Part shown: piece after piece, positions 28,535 through 38,457 of the stretch
How the letters are laid out: each line of letters opens with the position of its first letter
Position numbering within the stretch: position 1 is the first letter of the stretch
DNA from: a virus
IMG/VR virus record: IMGVR_UViG_3300034101_003146
Span: 5,779 to 69,778 of that record
Reading direction: 5' to 3' (one strand)
DNA length: 64,000 nucleotides
Made by a program: the position numbers and the translations under genes
Notes under the pieces: model-generated
What the model was told of the DNA's origin: nothing
Databases searched by the model: none
Seen by the model: only the letters and a program-made list of their open reading frames with translations

Positions 28535-28795
28535 ATGAATGATAATGTAGCAAAATACTTCTTAGTGAAAGTAGAATTTGAAACCATTAATGAAAATAAT
28601 GGCAAACCAAAAAAAATTAGAACACAGTATCTTGTAGATGCCATGACATGTACAGAGGCAGAGGCACGTACACGTGTTTATTTAAAGGATTCCGTAATGG
28701 ATTATGAAATTGTAAGTACAACAAAAAGTCCGATTGAGGATATTATTTTAGTACCAGATCCTGAATTACAACCGAAAGTTGTAAGTAAAAATTAA
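28535..28795 (+). CDS. DUF4494-like protein (Bacteroidota family)
   Basis: YF.VKV.FE...ENNGK.KK...QYLVDA..CTEAEAR pattern. Confidence 0.7.
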   Translation: MNDNVAKYFLVKVEFETINENNGKPKKIRTQYLVDAMTCTEAEARTRVYLKDSVMDYEIVSTTKSPIEDIILVPDPELQPKVVSKN

Positions 28796-29265
28796 TGTCT
28801 ATATTTTTTAGGTAGACCAACACGATCCGCCAAATCTTGAAATATACCTTTATGGTTTCTAGCCTCAGTGTCTTTATGTCCATGTGAAGCATGTATTAAT
28901 TCGTGTTTCAGAATATCTTCAACATATTCTTTATCTTCTAAGGCCTTTGGGTGTATCTTCATCATCCCAAGGTCTTTTTCATTTTCAGGATGTTTAAATG
29001 ATCCAATTTTACCGGCTTTAATATTGTCATCAACCTTTACTACAATATTATCATCACTAACTGGTTCTTCACCAGTTATATCTTTATAAGCATTTCTAAC
29101 TTTTTTACCTATTTCATCTTTCATATGACTAATTTTTTTAGTCTCAACAGGATATTTTGATTTTTTAATAATCTTTTTTTGCATATAATCTGCTTTGTCA
29201 GAAACATCGTTTTTTGATTGATTTTCCACGAATTCTCTTAAAATACGTCTGATTTTATCTTTCAT
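28792..29265 (-). CDS. SprT-like zinc metalloprotease domain protein
   Basis: ILKHELIH...H...FQ motif; likely start MKDKIRRILRE at 29265, after the promoter motif. Confidence 0.75.
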   Translation of the reverse strand: MKDKIRRILREFVENQSKNDVSDKADYMQKKIIKKSKYPVETKKISHMKDEIGKKVRNAYKDITGEEPVSDDNIVVKVDDNIKAGKIGSFKHPENEKDLGMMKIHPKALEDKEYVEDILKHELIHASHGHKDTEARNHKGIFQDLADRVGLPKKYRH

Positions 29266-29357
29266 ATTAATAAATATCACAATTTTTTATAAAAATTTTT
29301 AACTTTTTTATTATCAACTTATTGCACTTTGTCATCTTAATACATATTTATTTATAA

Positions 29358-29375
29358 ATCTCGTGTAAGCGAGAT
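29358..29375 (+). promoter_or_regulatory. GNRA-capped hairpin in the 5' UTR of the scaffold-capsid unit, following CATATTTATT (29343-29352)
   Basis: ATCTCGT-GTAA-GCGAGAT. Confidence 0.45.
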
Positions 29376-29407
29376 AATATAACCATTAAAAACAACAAAT
29401 AAAGAAA

Positions 29408-30916
29408 ATGGCAAACGAAAAGAAATCAATTATTGAGGAAGCTCTTCTTGAGGCACAAGAAATTGACGCCACTTTCAAATCAAACGCAAAAGAAATACTA
29501 ACTCAAACTATGAGTTCAGAAATTGAAGAAATGGTAAAGGAATCTTTAACAGGTTCGAAAAAGAGATTGAAAGAAGACGAAGAGGAAGAAGAAACGGATT
29601 TAGACCTTGATTTAGACACTGAAGAAGAAGGTGAAGAAGAGGTTGAATTAGATTTAGACACTGAAGAAGAAGGTGAAGAATCTGATGAAACTGAAATGGA
29701 CATCGACTTAGGTGATGAAGAAGAGGAAACCGAAGGTGAAGAATTAGACCTTGACTTAGACTCTGATGAGGGTGAAGAAATGGGTGATTTAGACCTTGGT
29801 GATGACACTGACCTAGATTTAGATTTAGGTGGTGATGAAACTGAAGAGGTTATGGGTGACGTTGAAACTGTGGATCTTACACAAGAACCATTATCAGACG
29901 TAATTTCAGTATTCAAAAAAATGGGTCCTGAAGATGAAATCGAAGTTGTTAACGACAACGGTATCGTAACTCTTAAAGACAACAAATCTGGTTCTGAATA
30001 CAGAATCGAAATGAACCCAGCAGGTGAAGTTGCTAGCGTTGAAGCTGGTGAGATTGAACTTGGTGAAGGTGAAGAAGGTTCTGATAACGTTATCTACGAA
30101 ATAGTTGTGGATGATGAGGAAGAAATGGAAGACAAAATGTCTTATATGGACTACACTTCTGATGAGGAAGAAATGGAAGACAAAATGTCTTACATGAATT
30201 CTGATGATAACATGTCTTCTTACATGGGTGATAAAATGTCTTATATGAACTATAAGAAAAGTGGTTTAAAACATCCTGAAAAGGCTGATTTAGATAAAGA
30301 CCATGACATCACACCTTATGAAAAGAAAAGAGGTACGGCTATCGAAAAATCTATGGGAGATGAAGATTATATGGCACGTACTTTAGGTGCTGGCAGAAGA
30401 TTTGGTCGTAGAGGTTTAGACAAACCAAAAGCGGCTCCACAACATCTTTATGTTGGTGAATCTACTACTCCACAAATTTCAAAACTTATCAAAGAAAACA
30501 CAAACTTAAATACCAGAAATTCTGAACTTGAAGTAGAAAATAAGGAACTAAAAGAAAACTACGAAAAAATGGTAGATGCTCTTAAACAGTTCAGAACAAA
30601 ACTTCAAGAAGTAGCTGTGTTCAACAGCAATCTTACTTACGCGGTAAGATTATTTACTGAAAATACAACAACTAAAGAAGAAAAAAATGACATATTAAAA
30701 AGATTGGATTCAGCTAAATCTTTAAAAGAATCTCAATCAATTTATAAACAACTTGTTAAGGAAATCTCTAATAGTAAAGCACCTATTAAGGAAACTATTG
30801 AAGAAAAAATTAACAACACTTCTTCTAGTGGGGCATTAATCAGTGAACAAAGTGTTTTTGTACATCCAGAGATTGAAAAAATGAAAAAACTTTGGGGTTA
30901 CAGTTACAAAAAATAA
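29408..30916 (+). CDS. Prohead scaffold/core protein (gp22-like position)
   Basis: Highly acidic, C-terminal coiled coil, directly upstream of the major capsid gene. Confidence 0.8.
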   Translation: MANEKKSIIEEALLEAQEIDATFKSNAKEILTQTMSSEIEEMVKESLTGSKKRLKEDEEEEETDLDLDLDTEEEGEEEVELDLDTEEEGEESDETEMDIDLGDEEEETEGEELDLDLDSDEGEEMGDLDLGDDTDLDLDLGGDETEEVMGDVETVDLTQEPLSDVISVFKKMGPEDEIEVVNDNGIVTLKDNKSGSEYRIEMNPAGEVASVEAGEIELGEGEEGSDNVIYEIVVDDEEEMEDKMSYMDYTSDEEEMEDKMSYMNSDDNMSSYMGDKMSYMNYKKSGLKHPEKADLDKDHDITPYEKKRGTAIEKSMGDEDYMARTLGAGRRFGRRGLDKPKAAPQHLYVGESTTPQISKLIKENTNLNTRNSELEVENKELKENYEKMVDALKQFRTKLQEVAVFNSNLTYAVRLFTENTTTKEEKNDILKRLDSAKSLKESQSIYKQLVKEISNSKAPIKETIEEKINNTSSSGALISEQSVFVHPEIEKMKKLWGYSYKK

Positions 30917-30950
30917 TAATAACAAATAACAATTAAAAAACCAATAAAAA

Positions 30951-32720
30951 ATGGGATATTTATTAAAATCAGGTGAAGTTGGTAATATCGGATTAAAACA
31001 TCAAAAAGCAATCCGTGAGGCAACTGTAAACAAATGGGAATCTTTAGGGTTCTTAGAAGGTCTTGAAGGCCATATCAGAGAAAACATCGCTTTGTTATAT
31101 GAAAACCAAGCGTCAACTCTTATCAGTGAAACATCTACCGCAGGTGGAGGATCTACTGGATCTTTCGAAACTGTAGTGTTTCCAATTGTAAGACGTGTAT
31201 TCTCTAAATTATTAGCTAACGATATCGTATCGGTTCAAGCTTTAAACTTACCAATCGGTAAATTATTCTACTTCGTTCCAAAAACGTCTGATAGAGTTGA
31301 TGACGCAGCTTTCTTAGCTGGTACAAACGGTGGTAAATCTATACATAGAGGTTTAGCTGTAGCTACTTGTGTTACATGTCCAGAATCTACATTCAGTGGA
31401 TGTACTAAAAATCTTTATGATATTTTCTATAACGATGGTTTATACGATCAATCAAAAGGTGAAATTACTATTAAAGTTGTTTCTGGTACAGCAGTTGTGT
31501 TAACAGCTTGTACAGGTGGTGTTGAATACGTAGCAGGAAAAACTCCAGCAGCTTCTGACGGTTCATTACGTTACCAAAAATTTGAAGTTAAAGGATTTAG
31601 CAGTACATCTCCTGGACGTTTAGTTGGTCCTGATGGAAATGAAATGGATACTGAATCTTTCTTAGCTTCATTAACAGTAGTAGCTAACGCTCAAGTATTA
31701 GACCCTTCTGGAAATGTGATTTTCAACGTAGGTGACCAAATTCCTTTCCGTTTAGTAACTCAAAAATATGGTAGAGGTATTGTTGATTACGGTGATATCT
31801 GTTCAGCAGACGGTAAATTATACATCGAATTAGATTTTACAAGTCCAAATTGTGTTTCTTGTTCAACTAAAACATTTGATGGATATATCGGTGCTAGTTA
31901 CACAGGAACTTCTGTAACATCAACGTCTTTTGTAGCTATCGCTTGGAGACAATACGCTGATTTAGAGGCTGAATCTAACATGGGTGAGGTTTCTTTTGAA
32001 CTTGAATCTGTAACTGTATCTGTTACTGAACGTAAGTTAAGAGCTACTTGGACACCTGAATTAGCACAAGATGTTAGTGCATTCCACAACATCGATGCTG
32101 AGGCTGAATTAACAGCTTTATTATCTGAACAAGTTGCGGCTGAAATTGACCGTGAAATCTTAATGGATTTACGTAAAGGTGCAGCATGGCAATTACGTTG
32201 GGATTATAACGGATGGAAGCGTTTACCAAACAACAATGGTTACACTCAAAAAGATTGGAACCAAACTTTGATGACGGCTGTAAACCAAATCTCAGCTCAA
32301 ATCCACAAATCTACTTTAAGAGGTGGTGCTAACTTCGTAGTTGTATCTTCTGAAGTATCAGCAGTTCTTGATGATTTAGAATACTTCCACGTATCTAACG
32401 CAGCTCCAGAACAAGACCAATATAACATGGGTATTGAAAGAGTTGGTTCATTAAATGGTCGTTATACTGTTTACCGTGACCCATACGCTCCAGCATACTC
32501 TGTGATTATCGGTCATAAAGGTAAGTCATTACTTGACACTGGTTACATTTACGCTCCGTATGTACCAATGCAGTTGACACCTACAATGTACAATCCGTTC
32601 AACTTTGTACCGGTTAAGGGTATAATGACACGTTACGCCAAAAAGATGGTGAATAACAGGTTCTACGGACATATCCGTGTTGACGGTTTACGTACATTTG
32701 ACGTAAGAGAATTACGTTAA
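30951..32720 (+). CDS. Major capsid protein (T4 gp23-like)
   Basis: ENQ, PIVRRV..L.ANDIVSVQ, RKLRATWTPELAQD..AFHNIDAEAEL, YAPYVP, GIMTRYA. Confidence 0.97.
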   Translation: MGYLLKSGEVGNIGLKHQKAIREATVNKWESLGFLEGLEGHIRENIALLYENQASTLISETSTAGGGSTGSFETVVFPIVRRVFSKLLANDIVSVQALNLPIGKLFYFVPKTSDRVDDAAFLAGTNGGKSIHRGLAVATCVTCPESTFSGCTKNLYDIFYNDGLYDQSKGEITIKVVSGTAVVLTACTGGVEYVAGKTPAASDGSLRYQKFEVKGFSSTSPGRLVGPDGNEMDTESFLASLTVVANAQVLDPSGNVIFNVGDQIPFRLVTQKYGRGIVDYGDICSADGKLYIELDFTSPNCVSCSTKTFDGYIGASYTGTSVTSTSFVAIAWRQYADLEAESNMGEVSFELESVTVSVTERKLRATWTPELAQDVSAFHNIDAEAELTALLSEQVAAEIDREILMDLRKGAAWQLRWDYNGWKRLPNNNGYTQKDWNQTLMTAVNQISAQIHKSTLRGGANFVVVSSEVSAVLDDLEYFHVSNAAPEQDQYNMGIERVGSLNGRYTVYRDPYAPAYSVIIGHKGKSLLDTGYIYAPYVPMQLTPTMYNPFNFVPVKGIMTRYAKKMVNNRFYGHIRVDGLRTFDVRELR

Positions 32721-32747
32721 TTAGTGTAAAAAACTAATAATCTAATA

Positions 32748-32779
32748 TAAAAGAGGGACTATAGTCCCTCTTTTTTTTT
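32748..32779 (+). terminator. Rho-independent terminator after the capsid gene
   Basis: AAAAGAGGGAC-TATA-GTCCCTCTTTTTTTTT. Confidence 0.9.
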
Positions 32780-32837
32780 ACATATACTTTTAAATTTTAG
32801 ATAATATGGTTATATTTATTAATAAACATTAGAAAAT

Positions 32838-34253
32838 ATGGCTAAGAAAATAGTTATACCAGAAGATGAAGTTAGACAAATAATAAAACTATATACTGAA
32901 GATAAACTAGGTACGCCAACTTTAAGTAGTATGTTTAATTACCATAAATCGATAATTAATAGAACATTAAAAGAAAATGGTGTTGAATTGGATACATCTG
33001 GTAGGAGATATTTAGGTGGTAAAAAAGTGTCTGACTCTAAATATTATAAAAAAAATAAAGATAAAATACTAGAAAGATATAGTGAATGGTCTAAAGAAAA
33101 TAGAAGTAAACTTAGGGAGTATCATACAAAATGGAGGGAGGAGAATAAAGATAAATTAAATAAAAAGAAAAGGGTGTATGAAAAAAACAAAAAGGACTTA
33201 GACCCAAAATATAAATTAAGTTCATATACCCGTACGGCTATATATACTTGCCTAAAAGAACGTAATATTAAAAAATATAGTAAAACCTTTAATCTATTAC
33301 CCTATACCCTAGAAGAGTTAATGGCCCATCTTGAAAAACAATTTTCAAATGGTATGTCATGGGATAACTATGGTGAGTGGCATGTGGATCACATAAAACC
33401 AATATCTAGTTTCAATATAAAAGAAGAAGGTGATAACCAATTCTTACAATGTTGGTCACTTAAAAATCTAAGGCCTTTATGGGGCGAAGAGAATATATCA
33501 AAAGGTAATAAAATATTGGCACACCAATATAGGATAAGAATAGAAAAAGAAGTAGAAGAAAAAGAAAAAATAGGTTTTGATTACACAAAAGCTAGTTTAA
33601 AAAATTGTATAGTAAAACCAATAGATAGGTTTTTATGTGAAAAAATTATAAAAGAGTATGAGTGGTTGGGTTATTTACCTAAATACACTAAATACTATTT
33701 CGGTTTATTTTTTAATATAGACGGTGAAGAGTTTTTGGGTGGTGTTGTTGCCTACCAACCGGAGTATGGTGATAATATAGGTGTTTGGGATAAATACGGT
33801 TTCACGGGTAAAATAATACAATTAAGTCGTGGTGTTTGTCTATGGTGGACACCAAAAAATTCAGCCTCATTCATGATATCTAAAACGTTAAATTGGGTTA
33901 AAAACAATACTGATTATGAGATTGTGTCAGCAACTGTTGATCCTAACGCAGGTGAAATTGGTACCATATATCAATCATTAGGTTGGTATTATGTTGGTTG
34001 TATGTCAGGTAATTTAAAATCAAATGGTGAAGAAATAATACGTTATGGTTATAAAATAGATGGTAAAATTTATAATCAAAGACATATAAGAAAAATGATA
34101 GGTACTGCTAAAAAAGAAGAGGTTTTAAAACATTTCCCTAATGTTGAAATTTTTAATGCGGGAAGGAAAAGAAGGTATTTTAAATTTATTAAAAATGAAG
34201 ATTTACATAAAAAATCAATAGAAAATATAATTAAAACATACCCTAAAAGGTAA
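32838..34253 (+). CDS. HNH endonuclease fused to a C-terminal Mom-like/GNAT-like domain
   Basis: WHVDHIKP...NLRPLW..ENISKGN; C-terminal LSRGVC...PKNSASFMISK...DPNAGEIGTIYQS.GW.YVG. Confidence 0.75.
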   Translation: MAKKIVIPEDEVRQIIKLYTEDKLGTPTLSSMFNYHKSIINRTLKENGVELDTSGRRYLGGKKVSDSKYYKKNKDKILERYSEWSKENRSKLREYHTKWREENKDKLNKKKRVYEKNKKDLDPKYKLSSYTRTAIYTCLKERNIKKYSKTFNLLPYTLEELMAHLEKQFSNGMSWDNYGEWHVDHIKPISSFNIKEEGDNQFLQCWSLKNLRPLWGEENISKGNKILAHQYRIRIEKEVEEKEKIGFDYTKASLKNCIVKPIDRFLCEKIIKEYEWLGYLPKYTKYYFGLFFNIDGEEFLGGVVAYQPEYGDNIGVWDKYGFTGKIIQLSRGVCLWWTPKNSASFMISKTLNWVKNNTDYEIVSATVDPNAGEIGTIYQSLGWYYVGCMSGNLKSNGEEIIRYGYKIDGKIYNQRHIRKMIGTAKKEEVLKHFPNVEIFNAGRKRRYFKFIKNEDLHKKSIENIIKTYPKR

Positions 34254-34293
34254 CCTATTTACTTTAATACCTAAATATGGTATAATTATATTT

Positions 34294-35895
34294 ATGGAAC
34301 AAGATATAGTCAAATTTTATACAGAGGAAAAACTATCAATTAACCAAATATGTGAAAAATTACGTATAGGTAAATTAAAAGTTAAAGATGCTTTAATTAA
34401 GAACGGTGTAAAATTAAATAAAAGAGGCAGTAAAGTTAAACATATAATAAAAGATATTGATTATAGTGTTTACGATAAAAAAGTTCTTAAATGTAAGAAA
34501 ACTGGTAAAATAATAAAAGACGTTTTAAATAGGTCAGGCTTTGTTGTTATACATTTAAAAAAAGTTTATGGTATTGAATTACCATCAACGTTCAAAAGGA
34601 ATATGATAACAAAAACCACTGGTAAGTTATGGTATGAAGAATATTTTGATTTAATAGATGATGTTGTAATTGAAAAAGATAAGTGGGTTTGCCCTATATG
34701 TGATTGGTCTACTAACGATGTTAAAAATTTGGGGGGTTTTATAACCAAACACGTTAGGTCACATGATTTTAATAATATTAAAGAATTCTTCGAATACTAC
34801 CCAACAGTTAGGATAGATTTAAAAGAGGAAAAAATATTTTTAGATAACCCAAAATCTTTTATAAACTGTGGGATATGTGAACAACCTTTTAGATCCATAT
34901 CTAACACACATTTAAAATCACATAATATAACATTAGAAGAATATAAAACTAAATATGGTGAGGTATTTTCTGAGGATTTTAAAAAAGAGTGTAAATCTTA
35001 TTTAGATGTAGGTAGAGGTAATATTGAAAATAATTTCACATCTAAACATCAGAAAGAAATATCTGATTACATACAAAGTTTAGGTGTGACGGTTTTAAAT
35101 AATCATAAAAAATCTTTAAACGGTGTTGAAATTGATGTCTATATCCCTGAACTAAAGATAGGTTTTGAATATAATGGTTTGTTTTGGCATTCAGAAAAAA
35201 TGGGTAAACATAAAAACTACCATTTAGATAAACAAAAATTAGCAAACAAACATGGTATAAAACTATATCACATTTTTTCTGATGAATGGATTAATAACCC
35301 TGAAATTGTAACGAAAAAAATTAAACATATTTTAAAGTTATCTGATAATAAAATATATGCAAGAAATTGTGTCATAAAAGAAATTGATTCTAAAGAAAAA
35401 GAAGATTTTTTAAACAAAAACCATATACAAGGTGGTGATAAATCTAAATATAAATTAGGTGCATTATATAACGACGAATTAGTTGCTGTTATGACTTTTT
35501 CTGAATTAAGAAATGTTCTAGGTTCTAAAAAAGAAGATGGTGTCTATGAATTAGTAAGGTTTTCCTCCAAAAATGTTGTAGGTATTGCATCTAAAATGTT
35601 AAAATATTTTATTAAAAAATATAACCCAAAAAAAATAATAAGTTATGCTGATAAAAGATGGACTTCAAGTGATAATGTATATGAAAAAATCGGTTTTAAA
35701 TTAGTTTCAGAAACTAAACCTAATTATTGGTATATAATGGGTGACAGCAAAAGATATCATAGGTATAATTTTAGGAAGGATTTACTAGTTAAACAGGGTT
35801 ATGATAAAAATAAAACAGAAAAAGAAATAATGACTGATAAGGGTTATTTGTTTGTTTGGGACTGTGGTAATTATAAATACGAATGGAATAGTTGA
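34294..35895 (+). CDS. Homing-endonuclease-like protein (Zn fingers, PD-(D/E)xK, Hef-like C-terminal domain)
   Basis: CPIC..H, CGIC..HL..H; EIDVYIPE..IGFEYNG.FWH; IYARNC...NHIQG...SYAD.RW. Confidence 0.75.
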   Translation: MEQDIVKFYTEEKLSINQICEKLRIGKLKVKDALIKNGVKLNKRGSKVKHIIKDIDYSVYDKKVLKCKKTGKIIKDVLNRSGFVVIHLKKVYGIELPSTFKRNMITKTTGKLWYEEYFDLIDDVVIEKDKWVCPICDWSTNDVKNLGGFITKHVRSHDFNNIKEFFEYYPTVRIDLKEEKIFLDNPKSFINCGICEQPFRSISNTHLKSHNITLEEYKTKYGEVFSEDFKKECKSYLDVGRGNIENNFTSKHQKEISDYIQSLGVTVLNNHKKSLNGVEIDVYIPELKIGFEYNGLFWHSEKMGKHKNYHLDKQKLANKHGIKLYHIFSDEWINNPEIVTKKIKHILKLSDNKIYARNCVIKEIDSKEKEDFLNKNHIQGGDKSKYKLGALYNDELVAVMTFSELRNVLGSKKEDGVYELVRFSSKNVVGIASKMLKYFIKKYNPKKIISYADKRWTSSDNVYEKIGFKLVSETKPNYWYIMGDSKRYHRYNFRKDLLVKQGYDKNKTEKEIMTDKGYLFVWDCGNYKYEWNS

Positions 35896-35909
35896 TGATA
35901 TTTATATAC

Positions 35910-36758
35910 GTGAGAGATTTAATTAGAAACATATTAAAAGAGGCTAGAGTTCCAAAAAAAGAAAAAGTTGAACTTTACAAAGATGATAATGTTATTGTGG
36001 TTGTCCCATTAACACATAGGGCTTTACAAAAATACGCTAGTTTCTGTCAATGGTGTATTAATGATGATAAATCCGAGTGGGAATATTACCATAAAGGTAT
36101 ACACGCGGTTATCATTCAAAGAAAACCAAAGAAAGAAAAGATAGGGATAACAGGAAATCCCGTTGCTTCAGAGATATTAATTATGTCAAGATGGGATGAT
36201 GGTGGATATAGTTTTGAGGATGTTTGTGGTATATTAGGTTATGAATTTAGAAATGATAGAACATTAAACGATTACTATGTTAATGTTTCAAATGATATTA
36301 ATAATTTCGCAACAAACATAGTTTATTATTCACCAGAAAACGGTATCTATGATATGGAAGATAATTTTCTATGGAATTTTAATTTTGAAATATCCGATAT
36401 ACCAAATATGACCCCTGAAATAATTAGAATAACAGATCATTATCTTTGGAACGTTTTAAACGTACCACATAATGATAGTAATAATTTAAAAGAATCCGAA
36501 GAATGGTTTAAAGACATTAGGTTTGATGAGGGTGGTATAGATGATGAGGTAATGAATTACCTAAAAGATAACTACAATAAAGTTAGTAGTTATATGGGTG
36601 ATTATATCGTAATAGATGAAAAACCTTTTTATTTGAATTTTAACTCAAAAAAAAGAACGGTGGGTAAAATATATTTGGAAATTGTTGATCAATTTAAAAA
36701 TGTCACGGAATCAATTTTAAGACGTACAATTAGAACTTATATTAATAGTCTAATCTAA
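35910..36758 (+). CDS. Hypothetical two-module protein
   Basis: Likely GTG start at 35910 after GATATTTATA; RDLIRNILKE leader; KYA...QWC motif; LKE|SEEWFKD junction. Confidence 0.65.
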   Translation: MRDLIRNILKEARVPKKEKVELYKDDNVIVVVPLTHRALQKYASFCQWCINDDKSEWEYYHKGIHAVIIQRKPKKEKIGITGNPVASEILIMSRWDDGGYSFEDVCGILGYEFRNDRTLNDYYVNVSNDINNFATNIVYYSPENGIYDMEDNFLWNFNFEISDIPNMTPEIIRITDHYLWNVLNVPHNDSNNLKESEEWFKDIRFDEGGIDDEVMNYLKDNYNKVSSYMGDYIVIDEKPFYLNFNSKKRTVGKIYLEIVDQFKNVTESILRRTIRTYINSLI

Positions 36759-37010
36759 AAAATCATCATCTAAATCTTCATTCCATTTATCACGTTGTAT
36801 ATCATCTCTATATGATTTTAAGTTTGCCAATTCTATAGAAATTCTTCTTAAATCATCATTGAGTAGTTTTATATCTTCCATTTTTTCCGAAAATAACTCA
36901 TAACCAAAATCAATCAACTCTTTTTCTGTTTGTGATAAATCTTCGATACTTACAGATATCTTATCTGCCATTAATTTTATATATTGTTCTTTAAGTGATT
37001 TAATTTCCAT
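36750..37010 (-). CDS. Hypothetical protein
   Basis: 86 aa; TATTTTTG element upstream (37022-37015). Confidence 0.65.
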   Translation of the reverse strand: MEIKSLKEQYIKLMADKISVSIEDLSQTEKELIDFGYELFSEKMEDIKLLNDDLRRISIELANLKSYRDDIQRDKWNEDLDDDFLD

Positions 37011-37039
37011 AATACAAAAATAAAATTTACCTAATTTTT

Positions 37040-37333
37040 TTAAAACCCAAACTCATTTCTTGGTGTATCTGATGTTAAAGTTTGTAAGTCCATCATTTCT
37101 TCTGTTACCTCTTCTTTTGAAAGGTGACCTTTAATATCATCATCACAACTTCTCCAAATCTCAAAAGTAGATACACCATCACCATATTGACCCCTGCCAC
37201 CACCAATGACAGAAATACGGTGACCATTGTCAAACTCCATTATAGCTTGTACACCACCCAACCCATTAGGGTGAGGTTTAAATTTTAAATCTTCAAATGT
37301 TATTCTATTTCTATCCATTGATTTCCGTCCCAA
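37040..37333 (-). CDS. Hypothetical phage protein
   Basis: F.NG..ISVI....YGDG..TFEI pattern. Confidence 0.7.
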   Translation of the reverse strand: MGRKSMDRNRITFEDLKFKPHPNGLGGVQAIMEFDNGHRISVIGGGRGQYGDGVSTFEIWRSCDDDIKGHLSKEEVTEEMMDLQTLTSDTPRNEFGF

Positions 37334-37578
37334 TAATTTAATTTTCTTGTTTCTAAATTGAATCTAACTGAACCTAAACTCCAAATTTCACCAACCGTCA
37401 AAATATTATTATTAACACCATTATTAAAGGTTAAAGTATTTTCATTGTTAACATATGTTAATAATTGATTTTCAACACCAACCGCAATTAAGTCATCAAA
37501 TAAGTTGTTATCATAATTAAACTCAAATATATTATTTTTTTTGATGAAATGAAATTTTTTTAACACCTTTTTTATCAT
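37300..37578 (-). CDS. Hypothetical protein
   Basis: 92-aa ORF. Confidence 0.5.
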   Translation of the reverse strand: MIKKVLKKFHFIKKNNIFEFNYDNNLFDDLIAVGVENQLLTYVNNENTLTFNNGVNNNILTVGEIWSLGSVRFNLETRKLNYWDGNQWIEIE

Positions 37579-37589
37579 TTATTAAACAT

Positions 37590-37626
37590 AAAAAAGGTAG
37601 TATTAATGTAAATACCACCTTTTTTT
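37590..37626 (-). terminator. Putative terminator
   Basis: AAAAAGGTAGTATT...AATACCACCTTTTT imperfect stem flanked by A/T runs. Confidence 0.55.
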
Positions 37627-37640
37627 AAAATCCATAAAGA

Positions 37641-38402
37641 TTAACCGTTATATACACCATCTTTAATTGATTTTTCTTGAGCCAACTCTTTGTTGGATTT
37701 ACCTTTAAGTGTTGTATTAATAACTGTCATAACTTCTGATGGTATGATTGTCATTAAATCTATCATGTTGACAGCGTTAAGTTTAATATCTTTGGAGTCC
37801 CATATAGTTGTGGCTTCAGTACCAACAGATTTAGATTTGTCATGGTGGAAAGCCACTTTGGAATAAATTTTATCACGAGTTTCTTCTTCTTTAACACGTT
37901 TATCAATAAAAAACACTAAAACACCGTTTTCGGTATATTGGTTAAAATATTTTTTAAAGTCATTTTGTTCTGAAGAAACACACCACTTTGTTGACTTACC
38001 GTAAATATTGGATGAACGGGAAGTAAGTGGTTGAACAACCAAAAAGTTATCGTCTTCATATAAAGACAAGGTTTCAAATTTTTTAACATGACTTTTTGTT
38101 ACCTTTTCACGAGCCAATTTAATCGTATCAACAATTTCTTGATTGGATGTATAAGAATAGATGTCTTTATTCTCCAATAAATTTTTATTAGATAGATCCT
38201 CAAATTCTTTCACAATATCAAACATTTCTTTGAATGTATTGTTTTTTAATTCTTCTTTTAACCAATCAACCCAAGTCTCGGTTTGTTTAACCATAAAAGG
38301 TAAATACTTATTTGTAGAAGAAGGATCGTTTTCAGCCAAAAGTTCAATCAAATCAATATTGAATTTGGGGTTTTGTTCTTTAAGGTCTTTTTTCTTAGCC
38401 AT
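37641..38402 (-). CDS. Hypothetical protein with DPS.TNKYL / YG..TKWC domain
   Basis: Paralogous motif to ORF 13423; likely start MAKKKDLK at 38402. Confidence 0.7.
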   Translation of the reverse strand: MAKKKDLKEQNPKFNIDLIELLAENDPSSTNKYLPFMVKQTETWVDWLKEELKNNTFKEMFDIVKEFEDLSNKNLLENKDIYSYTSNQEIVDTIKLAREKVTKSHVKKFETLSLYEDDNFLVVQPLTSRSSNIYGKSTKWCVSSEQNDFKKYFNQYTENGVLVFFIDKRVKEEETRDKIYSKVAFHHDKSKSVGTEATTIWDSKDIKLNAVNMIDLMTIIPSEVMTVINTTLKGKSNKELAQEKSIKDGVYNG

Positions 38403-38457
38403 ATTTAAACTATTTAATATCTTTAATTGTTTTGTAAAATTAATAATTTTTTTAAAA

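Noticed and set aside
29503-29985. 160-aa antisense ORF
   Set aside because: Mirror of the acidic scaffold sequence
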